Of a stretch of 64,000 nucleotides of DNA, positions 1-9,875 are shown one piece after another (position 1 is the first letter of the stretch; each line of letters starts with the position of its first letter). The DNA is from an uncultured Alphaproteobacteria bacterium. Its GTDB lineage: Bacteria > Pseudomonadota > Alphaproteobacteria > Methylaequorales > Methylaequoraceae. Both the position numbers and the translations under genes were made by a program. The stretch covers positions 45,768 through 109,767 of the forward strand of contig CABZMK010000001.1 of assembly GCA_902526865.1 (NCBI GenBank), written 5' to 3'. Under the pieces are notes generated by a model. That model worked only from the letters and a program-made list of their open reading frames with translations. It was not told the DNA's origin and searched no databases.

Positions 1-135
1 AAATTACAGCAACTGAATGAAATATCAATGACTTGTTCTCCTTTGCATAAATAAAATTTGGATATAATTGTTATAACTGTTAAAAATAATATACATTATT
101 CCTAAACCTTAACTGAATTAATCTTTGATAATAAA

Positions 136-1092
136 ATGCTGTTAAGCATATCTACACTTTTAATAGGACTTTTGCTTTTGGTAAAGGGAGCAGAAATACT
201 TATATCGTGTGCAATCGCAATTGGCAAAAAACTTAGAGTTTCAGAATTCTTTATTGGATTAATAGTCGTAGGTTTTGGAACTTCACTTTGTGAACTGGTT
301 GTCTCAATAGATGCCGTCATTAAAGGATCGCCTGATATTTCAGTGGGAAATGTCATTGGTTCAAATATTGCTAATATTTTTCTAGTGACATTTGCAGCAG
401 GTCTGACATCTGAGTTAAAATCTATTAAAGTATCAAAGTTTGACCTTTTTTTTCATCTTAGTGCACACCTTATTTTTGCATTAATATTCATATTAGCTTT
501 TTTAAGTACAAAATACGGATTATTTTTCATTTTTTTATTTACTTTTTATCTATTTAGGAGTTTTAAAAATTCTGATTCAAAAAGCAAAAATGAAATTGTG
601 TTAGAAAAAGATTTTTTTTCAAAAATTTCTTTTAAGAACCCTTTTTTTTATGGATTACCAGTGGCAGGAGGTTCCATTGGTATTACGCTTTTTGGTGCAG
701 ACATAACTGTTGATTCTGCTATATCTATCTCAACCATTCTAAATATTTCAGACTCGTTTATTGGCTTGACTATAATTGCTCTAGGAACATCTTTACCCGA
801 AATTGCTACATCGATTTCAGCGGCAAGAAAAGGAAAATCTAACATTATTGTTGGGAACATTATCGGATCTAATATATATAATTTATTACTTATTCTTGGT
901 TTTACATCACTATTTAACTCTTTCTCATACAGCAAAGACGTTTTATCAGATGATGTTTATTTTTTAAGTATAGCTGCCATTATTTTTACTTTATTTATTT
1001 TTAAAAGAATTGACATTGATAGAAAAGTCTCTGTCACGTGCTTTTTAATTTATTTAATGTACATCGGAAATCTCTATTTAACTAATTTTTAA
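136..1092 (+). CDS. CaCA-family Na+/Ca2+ antiporter (YrbG-like), polytopic membrane protein
   Basis: 318 aa hydrophobic ORF with two internal alpha-repeat motifs (GTSLCELVVS and ALGTSLPEIATS) typical of CaCA exchangers. Confidence 0.7.
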   Translation: MLLSISTLLIGLLLLVKGAEILISCAIAIGKKLRVSEFFIGLIVVGFGTSLCELVVSIDAVIKGSPDISVGNVIGSNIANIFLVTFAAGLTSELKSIKVSKFDLFFHLSAHLIFALIFILAFLSTKYGLFFIFLFTFYLFRSFKNSDSKSKNEIVLEKDFFSKISFKNPFFYGLPVAGGSIGITLFGADITVDSAISISTILNISDSFIGLTIIALGTSLPEIATSISAARKGKSNIIVGNIIGSNIYNLLLILGFTSLFNSFSYSKDVLSDDVYFLSIAAIIFTLFIFKRIDIDRKVSVTCFLIYLMYIGNLYLTNF

Positions 1093-1168
1093 AAAGTTAT
1101 ACTCATTATCCACTTAATTAACAGGCAAATAATAAATGCTTAATTATAGAGATTTGTTATTATAAATT

Positions 1169-2632
1169 ATGACTACTTCAGAAAGTAATAAATTAACTAA
1201 TATAGTCTCATCCAAAAATTTAAATCTTACAAGAGAAGTCCCAGTTAATGCTGGTGCAGAACAAGCTCTATTAGGGGCAATTCTCTCTAATAACCTTGCT
1301 TATGAAAAAGTAGAGGAATTTTTAGAACCTGAGTATTTTTCAAGCAAGATTAATAGTATAATTTTTAAATCAATAAAAAAATTGATCGGTAATGATCAAA
1401 TTGCTGATTTAAATACCGTTAAGGCCCAACTTGATGGAAATGACGAGTTTGGAGAAAGCGGTGGATTATCTTATCTTTTAAAGCTTTGCGAAAACACAGT
1501 AAGTATAATAAATTCTAAACAATACGGAGAACTAATTTATGACCTTTATCTGAGAAGAAGACTAATAGACCTTGGTACAAATTTGATAAACAATTCTTAT
1601 AATACAGAAGAAGCCAACGACTCAAGAACTTTAATCGAAAAAACTGAGCAAAATCTTTTTAATCTTATTCAAAACAATGAATTTGATAGTGGTCCTAGAG
1701 ATTTTGAAGAAATAGTGTCAAGAACTATTGATTATGCTGAAAAAGCATTTAAAAAAAGTGAAGATGTGATAGGTCTAAAAACAGGTTTAAGCGATTTTGA
1801 TAAGAAGATAGGAGGGCTTCACAAATCTGATTTAATTATTATTGCAGGCAGACCATCAATGGGTAAAACAGCATTCGCAACAAATATAGCTTCAAATATC
1901 TCAAGAGAATTTAAAAATGACAAAAACAAAAAAAATGTTCTGTTCTTTTCACTTGAAATGTCTTCCGAACAACTAGCGACAAGATTATTAGGTGAGCTTT
2001 CAGAAATTTCATCAGAAAACATAAGGACTGGTAATCTCTCAAAAAAAGATTTTAGTAAGATTTTATCATCAAGCGATGATTTAAAAAATCTCAATTTATT
2101 TATAGATGACACACCAGCATTAAATATTACTTCGATTAGAACGAGAGCAAGAAGATTAAAGAGAAAATTTGGTCTGGATCTAATTATTTTAGATTATCTT
2201 CAACTAGTAAATGGTGAATCAAAAAAAATGAATGATAATCGCGTTCAGGAAATTTCTGAAATAACAAGAGGACTGAAAGCTATTGCCAAAGAACTGGATT
2301 TACCTGTTATTGCTTTATCTCAATTGTCCAGAAAAGTAGAAGATAGAGAAGAGAAAAGACCACAACTCGCAGATCTTCGTGAATCAGGAGCTATAGAGCA
2401 AGATGCTGATTTAGTTGTCTTTCTATACAGAGAGGAATATTACCTAGCTCGAACAGAGCCCCCCGAAGGGACAGACAAACATGAAATGTGGACAAATAAA
2501 ATGGAAAAAATCCATAATATTGCAGAAGTCATAATTGCAAAACATAGACATGGACCAATTTCTAAAGTAAAACTTCATTTTAATCCAAGTTGGACAAAGT
2601 TTTCTGATTTGGCTGAAAATAATTTTACGTAA
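1169..2632 (+). CDS. dnaB: Replicative DNA helicase DnaB
   Basis: 487 aa; N-terminal AEQALLGAIL motif; Walker A GRPSMGKTAF; DnaB C-terminal RecA-like domain motifs (ALSQLSR, ESGAIEQDADLV). Confidence 0.92.
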   Translation: MTTSESNKLTNIVSSKNLNLTREVPVNAGAEQALLGAILSNNLAYEKVEEFLEPEYFSSKINSIIFKSIKKLIGNDQIADLNTVKAQLDGNDEFGESGGLSYLLKLCENTVSIINSKQYGELIYDLYLRRRLIDLGTNLINNSYNTEEANDSRTLIEKTEQNLFNLIQNNEFDSGPRDFEEIVSRTIDYAEKAFKKSEDVIGLKTGLSDFDKKIGGLHKSDLIIIAGRPSMGKTAFATNIASNISREFKNDKNKKNVLFFSLEMSSEQLATRLLGELSEISSENIRTGNLSKKDFSKILSSSDDLKNLNLFIDDTPALNITSIRTRARRLKRKFGLDLIILDYLQLVNGESKKMNDNRVQEISEITRGLKAIAKELDLPVIALSQLSRKVEDREEKRPQLADLRESGAIEQDADLVVFLYREEYYLARTEPPEGTDKHEMWTNKMEKIHNIAEVIIAKHRHGPISKVKLHFNPSWTKFSDLAENNFT

Positions 2633-2706
2633 AATTATTTTTTTCCTTGAAGCAAAGAGAATAGTAAATTTTATTATTATTTATTTATAATAAAAAAAAC
2701 AATATA

Positions 2707-3513
2707 TTGGCAATAATGACAAGATTGCTTTCCAGCGCCTTAGCTTTAACAAAAAGATTATTTAAAATTATATTTTCTTTTTTTCATTCCATTGGTGAGA
2801 TAGTTGACTTTTTTTTAAACTGTGTAAAATATTCAATTACTGAAAAATTCTATGTAAATATTTTTCTCAAACAATTCTTGAAGATTGGTTTTAACTCTTT
2901 ACCAGTCGTAGGTTTAACTTCTATATTCACTGGGATGGTTTTAGCACTTCAATCTTATACTGGATTTTCAAGATTTTCTGCAGAAAGTGCAATTCCAAAC
3001 GTTGTTGTTTTGTCCATTACAAGAGAACTAGCACCAGTATTGGCTGGTCTGATGGTTGCAGGAAGATCAGGTGCAGCTATTGCAGCTGAAATTGGAACAA
3101 TGAAGGTTACTGAACAAATTGACGCACTCAAAACACTATCAACAAATCCATTTAATTATCTTATTATCCCAAGAATTTTAGCAGGTATTATTTCACTCCC
3201 ACTTCTTGTTATAGTTGGGGATATTATTGGGGTTATGGGTGGTTATTTAATTTGCGTAAATCTATTAAACTTTAATCCTACCGTATACCTTCAAAATACA
3301 TATAATTTTGTTCAATTTATTGACGTTTTTAGCGGCTTAGTTAAGGCTTCAGTTTTTGGTTTTTTAATAACCTTTATGGGTTGCTATCACGGATTTAATG
3401 CAAAAGGAGGTGCACAAGGAGTTGGTCAATCAACTACATATTCTGTTGTTTCATCTTCTATTCTGATTTTATTGATGAATTACATAATCACTTCTTTCTT
3501 CTTTAGACTATGA
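2707..3513 (+). CDS. mlaE: MlaE-like ABC transporter permease (phospholipid/toluene-tolerance family)
   Basis: 268 aa polytopic protein; conserved MlaE-family segments (ITRELAPVLAGLMVAGRSGAAIAAEIGTMKVTEQIDAL). Confidence 0.75.
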   Translation: MAIMTRLLSSALALTKRLFKIIFSFFHSIGEIVDFFLNCVKYSITEKFYVNIFLKQFLKIGFNSLPVVGLTSIFTGMVLALQSYTGFSRFSAESAIPNVVVLSITRELAPVLAGLMVAGRSGAAIAAEIGTMKVTEQIDALKTLSTNPFNYLIIPRILAGIISLPLLVIVGDIIGVMGGYLICVNLLNFNPTVYLQNTYNFVQFIDVFSGLVKASVFGFLITFMGCYHGFNAKGGAQGVGQSTTYSVVSSSILILLMNYIITSFFFRL

Positions 3514-4223
3514 GAAAAAAAAAAATAATCGTTAAAAATATTTATAAAAGTTTTAAAGATAAGGTTGTATTAAATAAACTAAATCTTGACGTTTATGAAT
3601 CTGAGTCTCTCTCAATTATTGGAGAGTCAGGATCTGGAAAGTCAATTCTTACAAGATGTATAGTTGGTTTACTAAAATATGATAATGGATCGATTAGTTT
3701 TGGGAATCTTAATAATATTAACACTTTAAATGATAAAGAAAAAATGAATTACATGTCAAAATTTGGGATATTATTTCAGAATTCAGCTCTTCTTGACAGT
3801 TTGAGCATAAGAGAAAACCTTAAATTTGCAAGTAAACAAGACTCCTTTAATAAAATTTTGAATGAAGTAGGTCTTCCTAATTCAATCTTAGAGAAATATC
3901 CCTCTGAACTTTCAGTTGGAATGCAAAAAAGAGTAGGTCTTGCAAGAGCAATTCTAAAAAAACCAGAGGTTCTAATTTTAGACGAGCCAACAACCGGTTT
4001 AGATCCAATCATTGCTAGACAAATAAACTTACTAATTAAAAATTTAGTCAAAAAAAATAAGATTACCACAATAACGGTTACTCATGACATGGAGAGTGTC
4101 TATGAGTTTGCTGATTATGTTGCTTTTTTAAAAAACGGGATTATCGAATGGTATGGAAATGCAAGAAAAATAAATAAATCAAGAAATAACTCAATGATTA
4201 ATTTTATAAAAGGAATCAATTAA
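3510..4223 (+). CDS. mlaF: MlaF-like ABC transporter ATP-binding protein
   Basis: Walker A GESGSGKS, ABC signature LSVGMQKRV, Walker B ILILDEPT; 4-bp overlap with upstream permease. Confidence 0.75.
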   Translation: MRKKKIIVKNIYKSFKDKVVLNKLNLDVYESESLSIIGESGSGKSILTRCIVGLLKYDNGSISFGNLNNINTLNDKEKMNYMSKFGILFQNSALLDSLSIRENLKFASKQDSFNKILNEVGLPNSILEKYPSELSVGMQKRVGLARAILKKPEVLILDEPTTGLDPIIARQINLLIKNLVKKNKITTITVTHDMESVYEFADYVAFLKNGIIEWYGNARKINKSRNNSMINFIKGIN

Positions 4224-4224
4224 G

Positions 4225-4860
4225 ATGTTTGATGTAATACTTTTAGTTTTAATATTTATTTCCGCTTCATTTGCATTTTTTAGAGGCTTATCTCTAGAGT
4301 TATTATCAATTAGTGTTTGGATAATATCTTTTTTTGTATCCTATGCCTATGGTAACAATTTAATTAATTTTTTTAACAAAATAATAAATAATATTTTGAT
4401 ATCAACTGCGATATCTTACGTTGTGGTATTCTTAATAATTTTTGTTATTTTTTCTTTTTTAACAAGAAAGTTTTCAGTTTTTATAAAGGATAGTTATGTT
4501 GGACTTATTGATAAAAGTCTTGGTTTTATATTTGGAATTTTGAGAGGATACGTAATAGTTAGTCTGTGTTTTTTTTTATTTGACTATTTCTATAATGGAA
4601 AAAAATTGAAATTTATTGATAATTCAAAAATTATTCCGGTTATAAAAATAACGAATAATGAAATATTTCTATTTCTCAAAATTGATAATAAATATTCTGA
4701 AAATTTGAGTACTGAATTAAAAAAAAAGTCTGATCTTCTTTTTGAAAAAAGTATTGACTCAAAACTTCGTATAAAAAAAAATAGTAAAAATCAAGAAAAC
4801 ATTTATAACGAGAGTGGAAGAAAAAATATTGAAAATATTATAGAAAATAATTTAGAATAA
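4225..4860 (+). CDS. cvpA: CvpA-family (colicin V production) membrane protein
   Basis: 211 aa, N-terminal multi-TM domain; sits directly upstream of purF, the classic cvpA-purF arrangement. Confidence 0.6.
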   Translation: MFDVILLVLIFISASFAFFRGLSLELLSISVWIISFFVSYAYGNNLINFFNKIINNILISTAISYVVVFLIIFVIFSFLTRKFSVFIKDSYVGLIDKSLGFIFGILRGYVIVSLCFFLFDYFYNGKKLKFIDNSKIIPVIKITNNEIFLFLKIDNKYSENLSTELKKKSDLLFEKSIDSKLRIKKNSKNQENIYNESGRKNIENIIENNLE

Positions 4861-4861
4861 A

Positions 4862-6322
4862 GTGAAATATCTCTTTTCAAAATCAAAACCAAGAGACGAA
4901 TGCGGTGTCTATGGAGTTTACAATCATGATAAAGCTGCAAATCTTACTGCACTGGGTCTGCATGCTCTTCAACATAGAGGACAAGACTCTGCAGGAATAG
5001 TTACATCAAATAATCATAAATTCTTTGCTCATAGAGGAATGGGTCAAGTTTCCGATGTTTTTTCAAATAAAGAAATAATCCCAAAACTAATAGGAAGATT
5101 ATCGATTGGACATAACCGTTATGGAACAACGGGTGAATCAGCACTTAAAAATGTTCAACCGCTTTTCTCTGAATTAGACTTTGGGGGTATTGCAATCGCA
5201 CACAATGGGAATTTAACAAACACGAATCAAATAAAAGAAAAACTAATTAAGAATGGAGCTATTTTTCAATCAACATCTGATACAGAGGTAATTCTTCATT
5301 TGATTTCAACTGCCAAAGGTAACTTAATCGATAGAATTGTGTACGCCCTCCAGTCTATTACTGGTGCATTCTCATTAGTTTTGCTAACAAATGATTCTCT
5401 TATTGGAGTAAGAGATCCATTTGGCATTAGACCACTGGTTTTAGGAAAACTCAATAATACATATATATTAAGTTCTGAAAGTTGCGGACTAGATATAATT
5501 GGTGCAGATTTGATAAGAGATGTTGAGCCTGGTGAAATTCTAATTATTAAAAATCATAAAATTGATTCAATTAAACCTTTTAAAAAAACATATCTTAGGC
5601 CATGTCTTTTTGAATATATTTATTTTTCAAGACCAGATAGTATTCTTGAAGGAAGAAATGTTTACGATGTTCGAAAAAGCATAGGACATCAGTTAGCAAT
5701 TGAAAATCCAAACGACAACAAAATTATTGATGTCGTAATTCCTATCCCTGACTCTGGCAACGCATCTGCATTAGGTTATTCTGAAAAAATAAAAAAACCT
5801 TTTGAATTCGGAATAATAAGAAATCACTATACTGGAAGAACTTTCATTGAAGATTCCATTTCAGTAAGAAATCTGTCAGTCAAATTAAAGCATAATCCAA
5901 ATATTTTTTCATTTAAAGACAAAAGTATTGCCTTAGTTGATGATTCAATTGTTAGAGGCACGACATCCGTAAAAATTGTAGAAATGTTAAGAAATTGTGG
6001 TGTCAAGAATGTTCATATGAGAATTGCAAGCCCTCCAGTAAAACATCCTTGTTTCTATGGAATCGATACTCCTACCAAAGAAGAACTACTAGCATCAAAA
6101 TTTACAATAGACCAAATAAAAAAATATATTGGTGCAGATAGCCTAAAATTTGTTACATTAGACGGTGTTTACAAAGCACTAGGATTTCAAAATGGAAGAG
6201 AAAAAGAAAAGCCAATGTTTACTGACCATTATTTCAGTGGTGATTATCCAGTTAAACTAATTGATCAAGACGCGGGTATTTATCCTGCACAACTCTCATT
6301 ACTAATTGAACCAACAAAATAA
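4862..6322 (+). CDS. purF: Amidophosphoribosyltransferase (glutamine PRPP amidotransferase)
   Basis: 486 aa; N-terminal CGVYGV Ntn-hydrolase cysteine; PRTase motif ALVDDSIVRGTT; C-terminal Fe-S cysteines. Confidence 0.9.
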   Translation: MKYLFSKSKPRDECGVYGVYNHDKAANLTALGLHALQHRGQDSAGIVTSNNHKFFAHRGMGQVSDVFSNKEIIPKLIGRLSIGHNRYGTTGESALKNVQPLFSELDFGGIAIAHNGNLTNTNQIKEKLIKNGAIFQSTSDTEVILHLISTAKGNLIDRIVYALQSITGAFSLVLLTNDSLIGVRDPFGIRPLVLGKLNNTYILSSESCGLDIIGADLIRDVEPGEILIIKNHKIDSIKPFKKTYLRPCLFEYIYFSRPDSILEGRNVYDVRKSIGHQLAIENPNDNKIIDVVIPIPDSGNASALGYSEKIKKPFEFGIIRNHYTGRTFIEDSISVRNLSVKLKHNPNIFSFKDKSIALVDDSIVRGTTSVKIVEMLRNCGVKNVHMRIASPPVKHPCFYGIDTPTKEELLASKFTIDQIKKYIGADSLKFVTLDGVYKALGFQNGREKEKPMFTDHYFSGDYPVKLIDQDAGIYPAQLSLLIEPTK

Positions 6323-6989
6323 TAACGTGAAACAAAATATACTTAGTAATGGGATCATCTTTGGTTCAACAGGAACTTTAGGTTCAAGAATATCTTTAGA
6401 TCTAGCAAAGATGAATACGAATCTTATTCTCCATGGGAAGTCTTTGGAAAAACTTATCAAATTAGACAATGAAATAAAAAAAGTTAATAAGAATGTTACA
6501 CTTCTTCAAGCTGATATAACACACAAGGATTTTGCAGCAAATCTTTTGAGTAAAGTTGCCTCAAGATTCTCAAGAATTGATTTTATGATAAATTTAGTCG
6601 GAGTTTTTTTCGGATTGAGACCTTTAACGAATTTTTCACATAAAGAATGGGATAATCTTATTGAAGTAAACCTCTCTTCTTATTGGAGAATCATAAAAGA
6701 GTTAGAACCCTTAATCAGAAAATCGCAAAACGCAAAAATTGTTTTTCTTGAAAACAAAGATATTTCAAGTGGGAAAACATATCATAATACATTCAGTATT
6801 TGCCAAACAGCCAAAAAAACAATGTTAGAAATTTTTAACAAAGAAAATTCAAAATTCAAAATTAAAGTACACTTTGTTGAAATCGAAAAAGTCAATGCAG
6901 GTATGTCCTTATCCCTTGCTGGAAAAAATATGTATGATGAAAGAAAAATGAAAGAGGTATCAGAAATGGTGATGAAAAAATGTCTTTAG
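6306..6989 (+). CDS. Short-chain dehydrogenase/reductase family protein
   Basis: 227 aa; N-terminal Rossmann glycine motif GSTGTLGSRI; SDR-like length. Confidence 0.5.
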   Translation: MNQQNNNVKQNILSNGIIFGSTGTLGSRISLDLAKMNTNLILHGKSLEKLIKLDNEIKKVNKNVTLLQADITHKDFAANLLSKVASRFSRIDFMINLVGVFFGLRPLTNFSHKEWDNLIEVNLSSYWRIIKELEPLIRKSQNAKIVFLENKDISSGKTYHNTFSICQTAKKTMLEIFNKENSKFKIKVHFVEIEKVNAGMSLSLAGKNMYDERKMKEVSEMVMKKCL

Positions 6990-6991
6990 TT

Positions 6992-8290
6992 CTATATGAA
7001 AAGATCGTTAACCATTGTTTCGTACCATCCAAAGGCATGTTTAGCCTCTAATTTTCTGTCGCTATTATTTGCGTTTACATTACTTTCACTGCTTCCTAAT
7101 GAGATAATTTTATCTTTTTTAACATTTAACCTATACCAAGCAGATATTGAAAATGCTCGGTCTTCCTTAGAAAAACTATAACAAGTGTTCAAAAACACTG
7201 GATCAACATATTCCTTTTCCAAAATTTTATTAATCAAATTTACAGCCAATACCTTTGCTTGACTGTTTGCTGAAAATGCAGATTTAGGCATTGCCCAAGC
7301 ATCTATTGAGTCTCCGACTGCATAAATATCTCTGAAATGATGTAATTCAAATGATATTGGATTGATTTGACACCAGTCTTTACCTTCATTTAACAAACCT
7401 GAATCATAAAAAATATTAGCTGCTTTTTGTTCAGGTATAATATGTACAAAATCACCTCTAAAAATTTGACCATCCGAATTTTTTACTAGATTTTTTTTTT
7501 GGTCATAAAAAGTTACTTTTCCTCCCTTACGCCGGGGTATCCACTCTATTACGTCGCTATAATTTATTTTCCATTCTCGAAAATAGTTTTCTTGCTTGGT
7601 GAATGAATTCTTTGAATCAAGAATTAAAATTTTCACTTTTTTATTTAGTTTTCTCAGATAATTCGCGATTAAAGAAGCTCTTTCATATGGCGCAGGAGGA
7701 CATCTATATGGATAGTCGGGTGACGATATTATAATTTTTGAATTATTTTCTAAATCTGTTAGTCGTTCTTTAAACTGAATAATGTTACTTTCTCCGTCCC
7801 AACAATGGGGAACATTTTTTTTGTCCGTGACACTATACCCTTGTAAAATATCGTTTTTGTAACTAATTCCAGGAGATAAAATTAAAAAATCATAATTTAT
7901 TTTTAAATCTTTAGAGAATCTCACACTTTTACTTTTAACATCAATTGAAATAACATTTTCATAAATAAATTTAACTTTTTCATATTTTTTTTTATTTATT
8001 TTAAAACAAATCTCTTTTCGTTTTAAGATATTGCCTATCACAAGATTTGAAAGAGGCCCCGTTTGGTATTCATTTTGTTTTTCCACAACAATTATGTCAA
8101 CAAGACTAGAGATTTTATTCAAATATTGAAGGCAGGTTGCCCCTCCTATACCTAGACCAACGATAACAATTTTTGGTCTTGTTTTGGCATTTAGTCTTTT
8201 TAATAAAAAGGTGTTGGCAAGAAAAAAAAATGCTAGATTCCCTGCAATATTAGAAAGAAATTCTCTTCTACTAAACTTATTTTTTACCAT
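6992..8290 (-). CDS. fccB: Flavocytochrome c sulfide dehydrogenase flavoprotein subunit (FccB-like, FAD-dependent pyridine nucleotide-disulfide oxidoreductase)
   Basis: 432 aa; Tat-type signal (SRREFLSNIAGNLAFF); FAD-binding GLGIGGATC; followed in the operon by a monoheme cytochrome c. Confidence 0.6.
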   Translation of the reverse strand: MVKNKFSRREFLSNIAGNLAFFFLANTFLLKRLNAKTRPKIVIVGLGIGGATCLQYLNKISSLVDIIVVEKQNEYQTGPLSNLVIGNILKRKEICFKINKKKYEKVKFIYENVISIDVKSKSVRFSKDLKINYDFLILSPGISYKNDILQGYSVTDKKNVPHCWDGESNIIQFKERLTDLENNSKIIISSPDYPYRCPPAPYERASLIANYLRKLNKKVKILILDSKNSFTKQENYFREWKINYSDVIEWIPRRKGGKVTFYDQKKNLVKNSDGQIFRGDFVHIIPEQKAANIFYDSGLLNEGKDWCQINPISFELHHFRDIYAVGDSIDAWAMPKSAFSANSQAKVLAVNLINKILEKEYVDPVFLNTCYSFSKEDRAFSISAWYRLNVKKDKIISLGSSESNVNANNSDRKLEAKHAFGWYETMVNDLFI

Positions 8291-8564
8291 AAATTTTATC
8301 CGCCATTTTTAAAATATCCCTATTTGTCAAGACTCTAGAAATTCTATTCATTACACTATTATCATTGTCGTTTTTATATTTCTTCATTAGTTTAACAAAT
8401 TCATCCTTATCTAAATTATTTATAGATGGGATTTTTTTAGTAGTATCTCTATTTAGGTTATGGCAGGATTTACAATTTTCAACGATTAAGTTTATAGTTT
8501 GATCCTCACCAGCAAACAAAGAAATAGAAAAAAAGAGAATAAAATAAAATGAAATTTTATTCAT
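8277..8564 (-). CDS. Small monoheme c-type cytochrome (probable FccA-like partner subunit)
   Basis: 95 aa; signal peptide plus single CKSCH heme-binding motif; overlaps fccB start by 14 nt. Confidence 0.6.
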   Translation of the reverse strand: MNKISFYFILFFSISLFAGEDQTINLIVENCKSCHNLNRDTTKKIPSINNLDKDEFVKLMKKYKNDNDNSVMNRISRVLTNRDILKMADKIYGKK

Positions 8565-9873
8565 AAGGATTATTTGTTTTTTTGAATCTAACTTTTATTG
8601 GTATGTCTTCTAAATGAAAACTTTTCTTGAGCTTGTTAGATAAATACTTTTTATATTGGTTATTAATTTCACGAGGATGATTGGAAAAAATATTAAACTT
8701 TGGAGGAGAAACACTAACCTGAGATGCGAACTTCAGTTTCACGGGCCTACCGTTTTTTAAAGGAGGAGGATTTTCTGTCATTATTTTTCCTAACCATTCA
8801 TTTAAATCACTGGTTTTAATTCTCTTTTTCCATGATTTTAATTGTTTCTGGATAATAGAATGCAAATTCTCAAATCCAATATTCTCTTGTGCTGAAACAA
8901 ATAATACAGGTGTTTCTCTGATCTGTGGGTTTAAATCTTGAAGATGTTTTTTAATTTTTTGTTGTTGTAGATCATTGACGGTATCGATTTTATTCATCAA
9001 TAATACATGGCATCTATTCTCAGAGTTAACTAAACTTAAAATCTTAGAGTTTATTTTTTCGTAATAATTATTAATATCAAATACAATTAACAAAACATTG
9101 CATAGTCTGATTTTTTTTAGTGTCTGATTAATTGCCAATTCATGAATATGTTCTTTATTATTTTTTGAAAAACCAGCTGTATCAAACATTTTAAAATTAG
9201 AATTTTTTAAACTTACATTTGTCTCTACTGAATCTCTTGTGAGATTTGGCTCAGATCCTGTAATTGCGATCTTTTTTTTTTTTATCAAATTAAATATCGT
9301 TGATTTACCTGAATTAGTCTTACCTATAATTGCAATTGAAAAGTCATTAAATTGTTTTTTCTTTTCACTTATTGTTTCTAAGTCCTTAACAAATTCATAT
9401 ATTTTCCATTTCAATTGGTCAATTGACTGATTATGCGCTGCAGAAACAAGAACTGGTATTCCTAAACCAGATTTATTTAATTCATTAAAAACATTTTGTG
9501 AATAATTCCCTTCAGTTTTGTTAACTACTAATAAAATGGGTTTATTAAATTTTCTTGCTAAAGCTATTATATCCGAATCTTCAAATGATAGATCAAATTT
9601 TCCATCAAAGACAATAATTATCAAATCAGATAATTTTGAGTACTCGATAGTATTATTTTTCATTTTATTTTCAATTTCGTTTGATGCATTTACGAGACCA
9701 GGTGAATCTGCAAATTCACACTCTAAATCCCATAGATTTATTTTTTTTTTTCTTAAGTCTCTAGTTAAACCTGGATGATTATCTACAATTGCGATATTTT
9801 TTTTTAAAATCATATTAAACAATGATGATTTCCCAACATTTGGCTTACCGAGTATAATTATTTTAATTGGCAT
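8557..9873 (-). CDS. der: Ribosome-associated GTPase Der/EngA (tandem GTPase domains)
   Basis: 438 aa; two G domains (GKPNVGKSSLFN and GKTNSGKSTIFN) plus KH-like C-terminus. Confidence 0.9.
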   Translation of the reverse strand: MPIKIIILGKPNVGKSSLFNMILKKNIAIVDNHPGLTRDLRKKKINLWDLECEFADSPGLVNASNEIENKMKNNTIEYSKLSDLIIIVFDGKFDLSFEDSDIIALARKFNKPILLVVNKTEGNYSQNVFNELNKSGLGIPVLVSAAHNQSIDQLKWKIYEFVKDLETISEKKKQFNDFSIAIIGKTNSGKSTIFNLIKKKKIAITGSEPNLTRDSVETNVSLKNSNFKMFDTAGFSKNNKEHIHELAINQTLKKIRLCNVLLIVFDINNYYEKINSKILSLVNSENRCHVLLMNKIDTVNDLQQQKIKKHLQDLNPQIRETPVLFVSAQENIGFENLHSIIQKQLKSWKKRIKTSDLNEWLGKIMTENPPPLKNGRPVKLKFASQVSVSPPKFNIFSNHPREINNQYKKYLSNKLKKSFHLEDIPIKVRFKKTNNPYE

Positions 9874-9875
9874 TT

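Noticed and set aside
648-935. Antisense 95-aa ORF inside the CaCA antiporter gene. Similar shadow ORFs lie inside other genes (1819-2112, 3776-4069, 9239-9430, 9518-9778, 13512-13862, 15831-16187, 15913-16161, 19785-20102, 20943-21416, 23860-24129, 24647-24952, 26302-26565, 27503-27841, 32066-32278, 33022-33213, 33619-33888, 38334-38537, 40182-40370, 42651-42848, 47442-47654, 48278-48478, 55648-55995, 56935-57123, 58736-58927, 61846-62034)
   Set aside because: Each lies wholly inside, and in a different frame or strand from, a well-supported gene with recognisable motifs. Each has low-complexity composition typical of frame-shadow ORFs in AT-rich DNA and lacks any RBS or motif.
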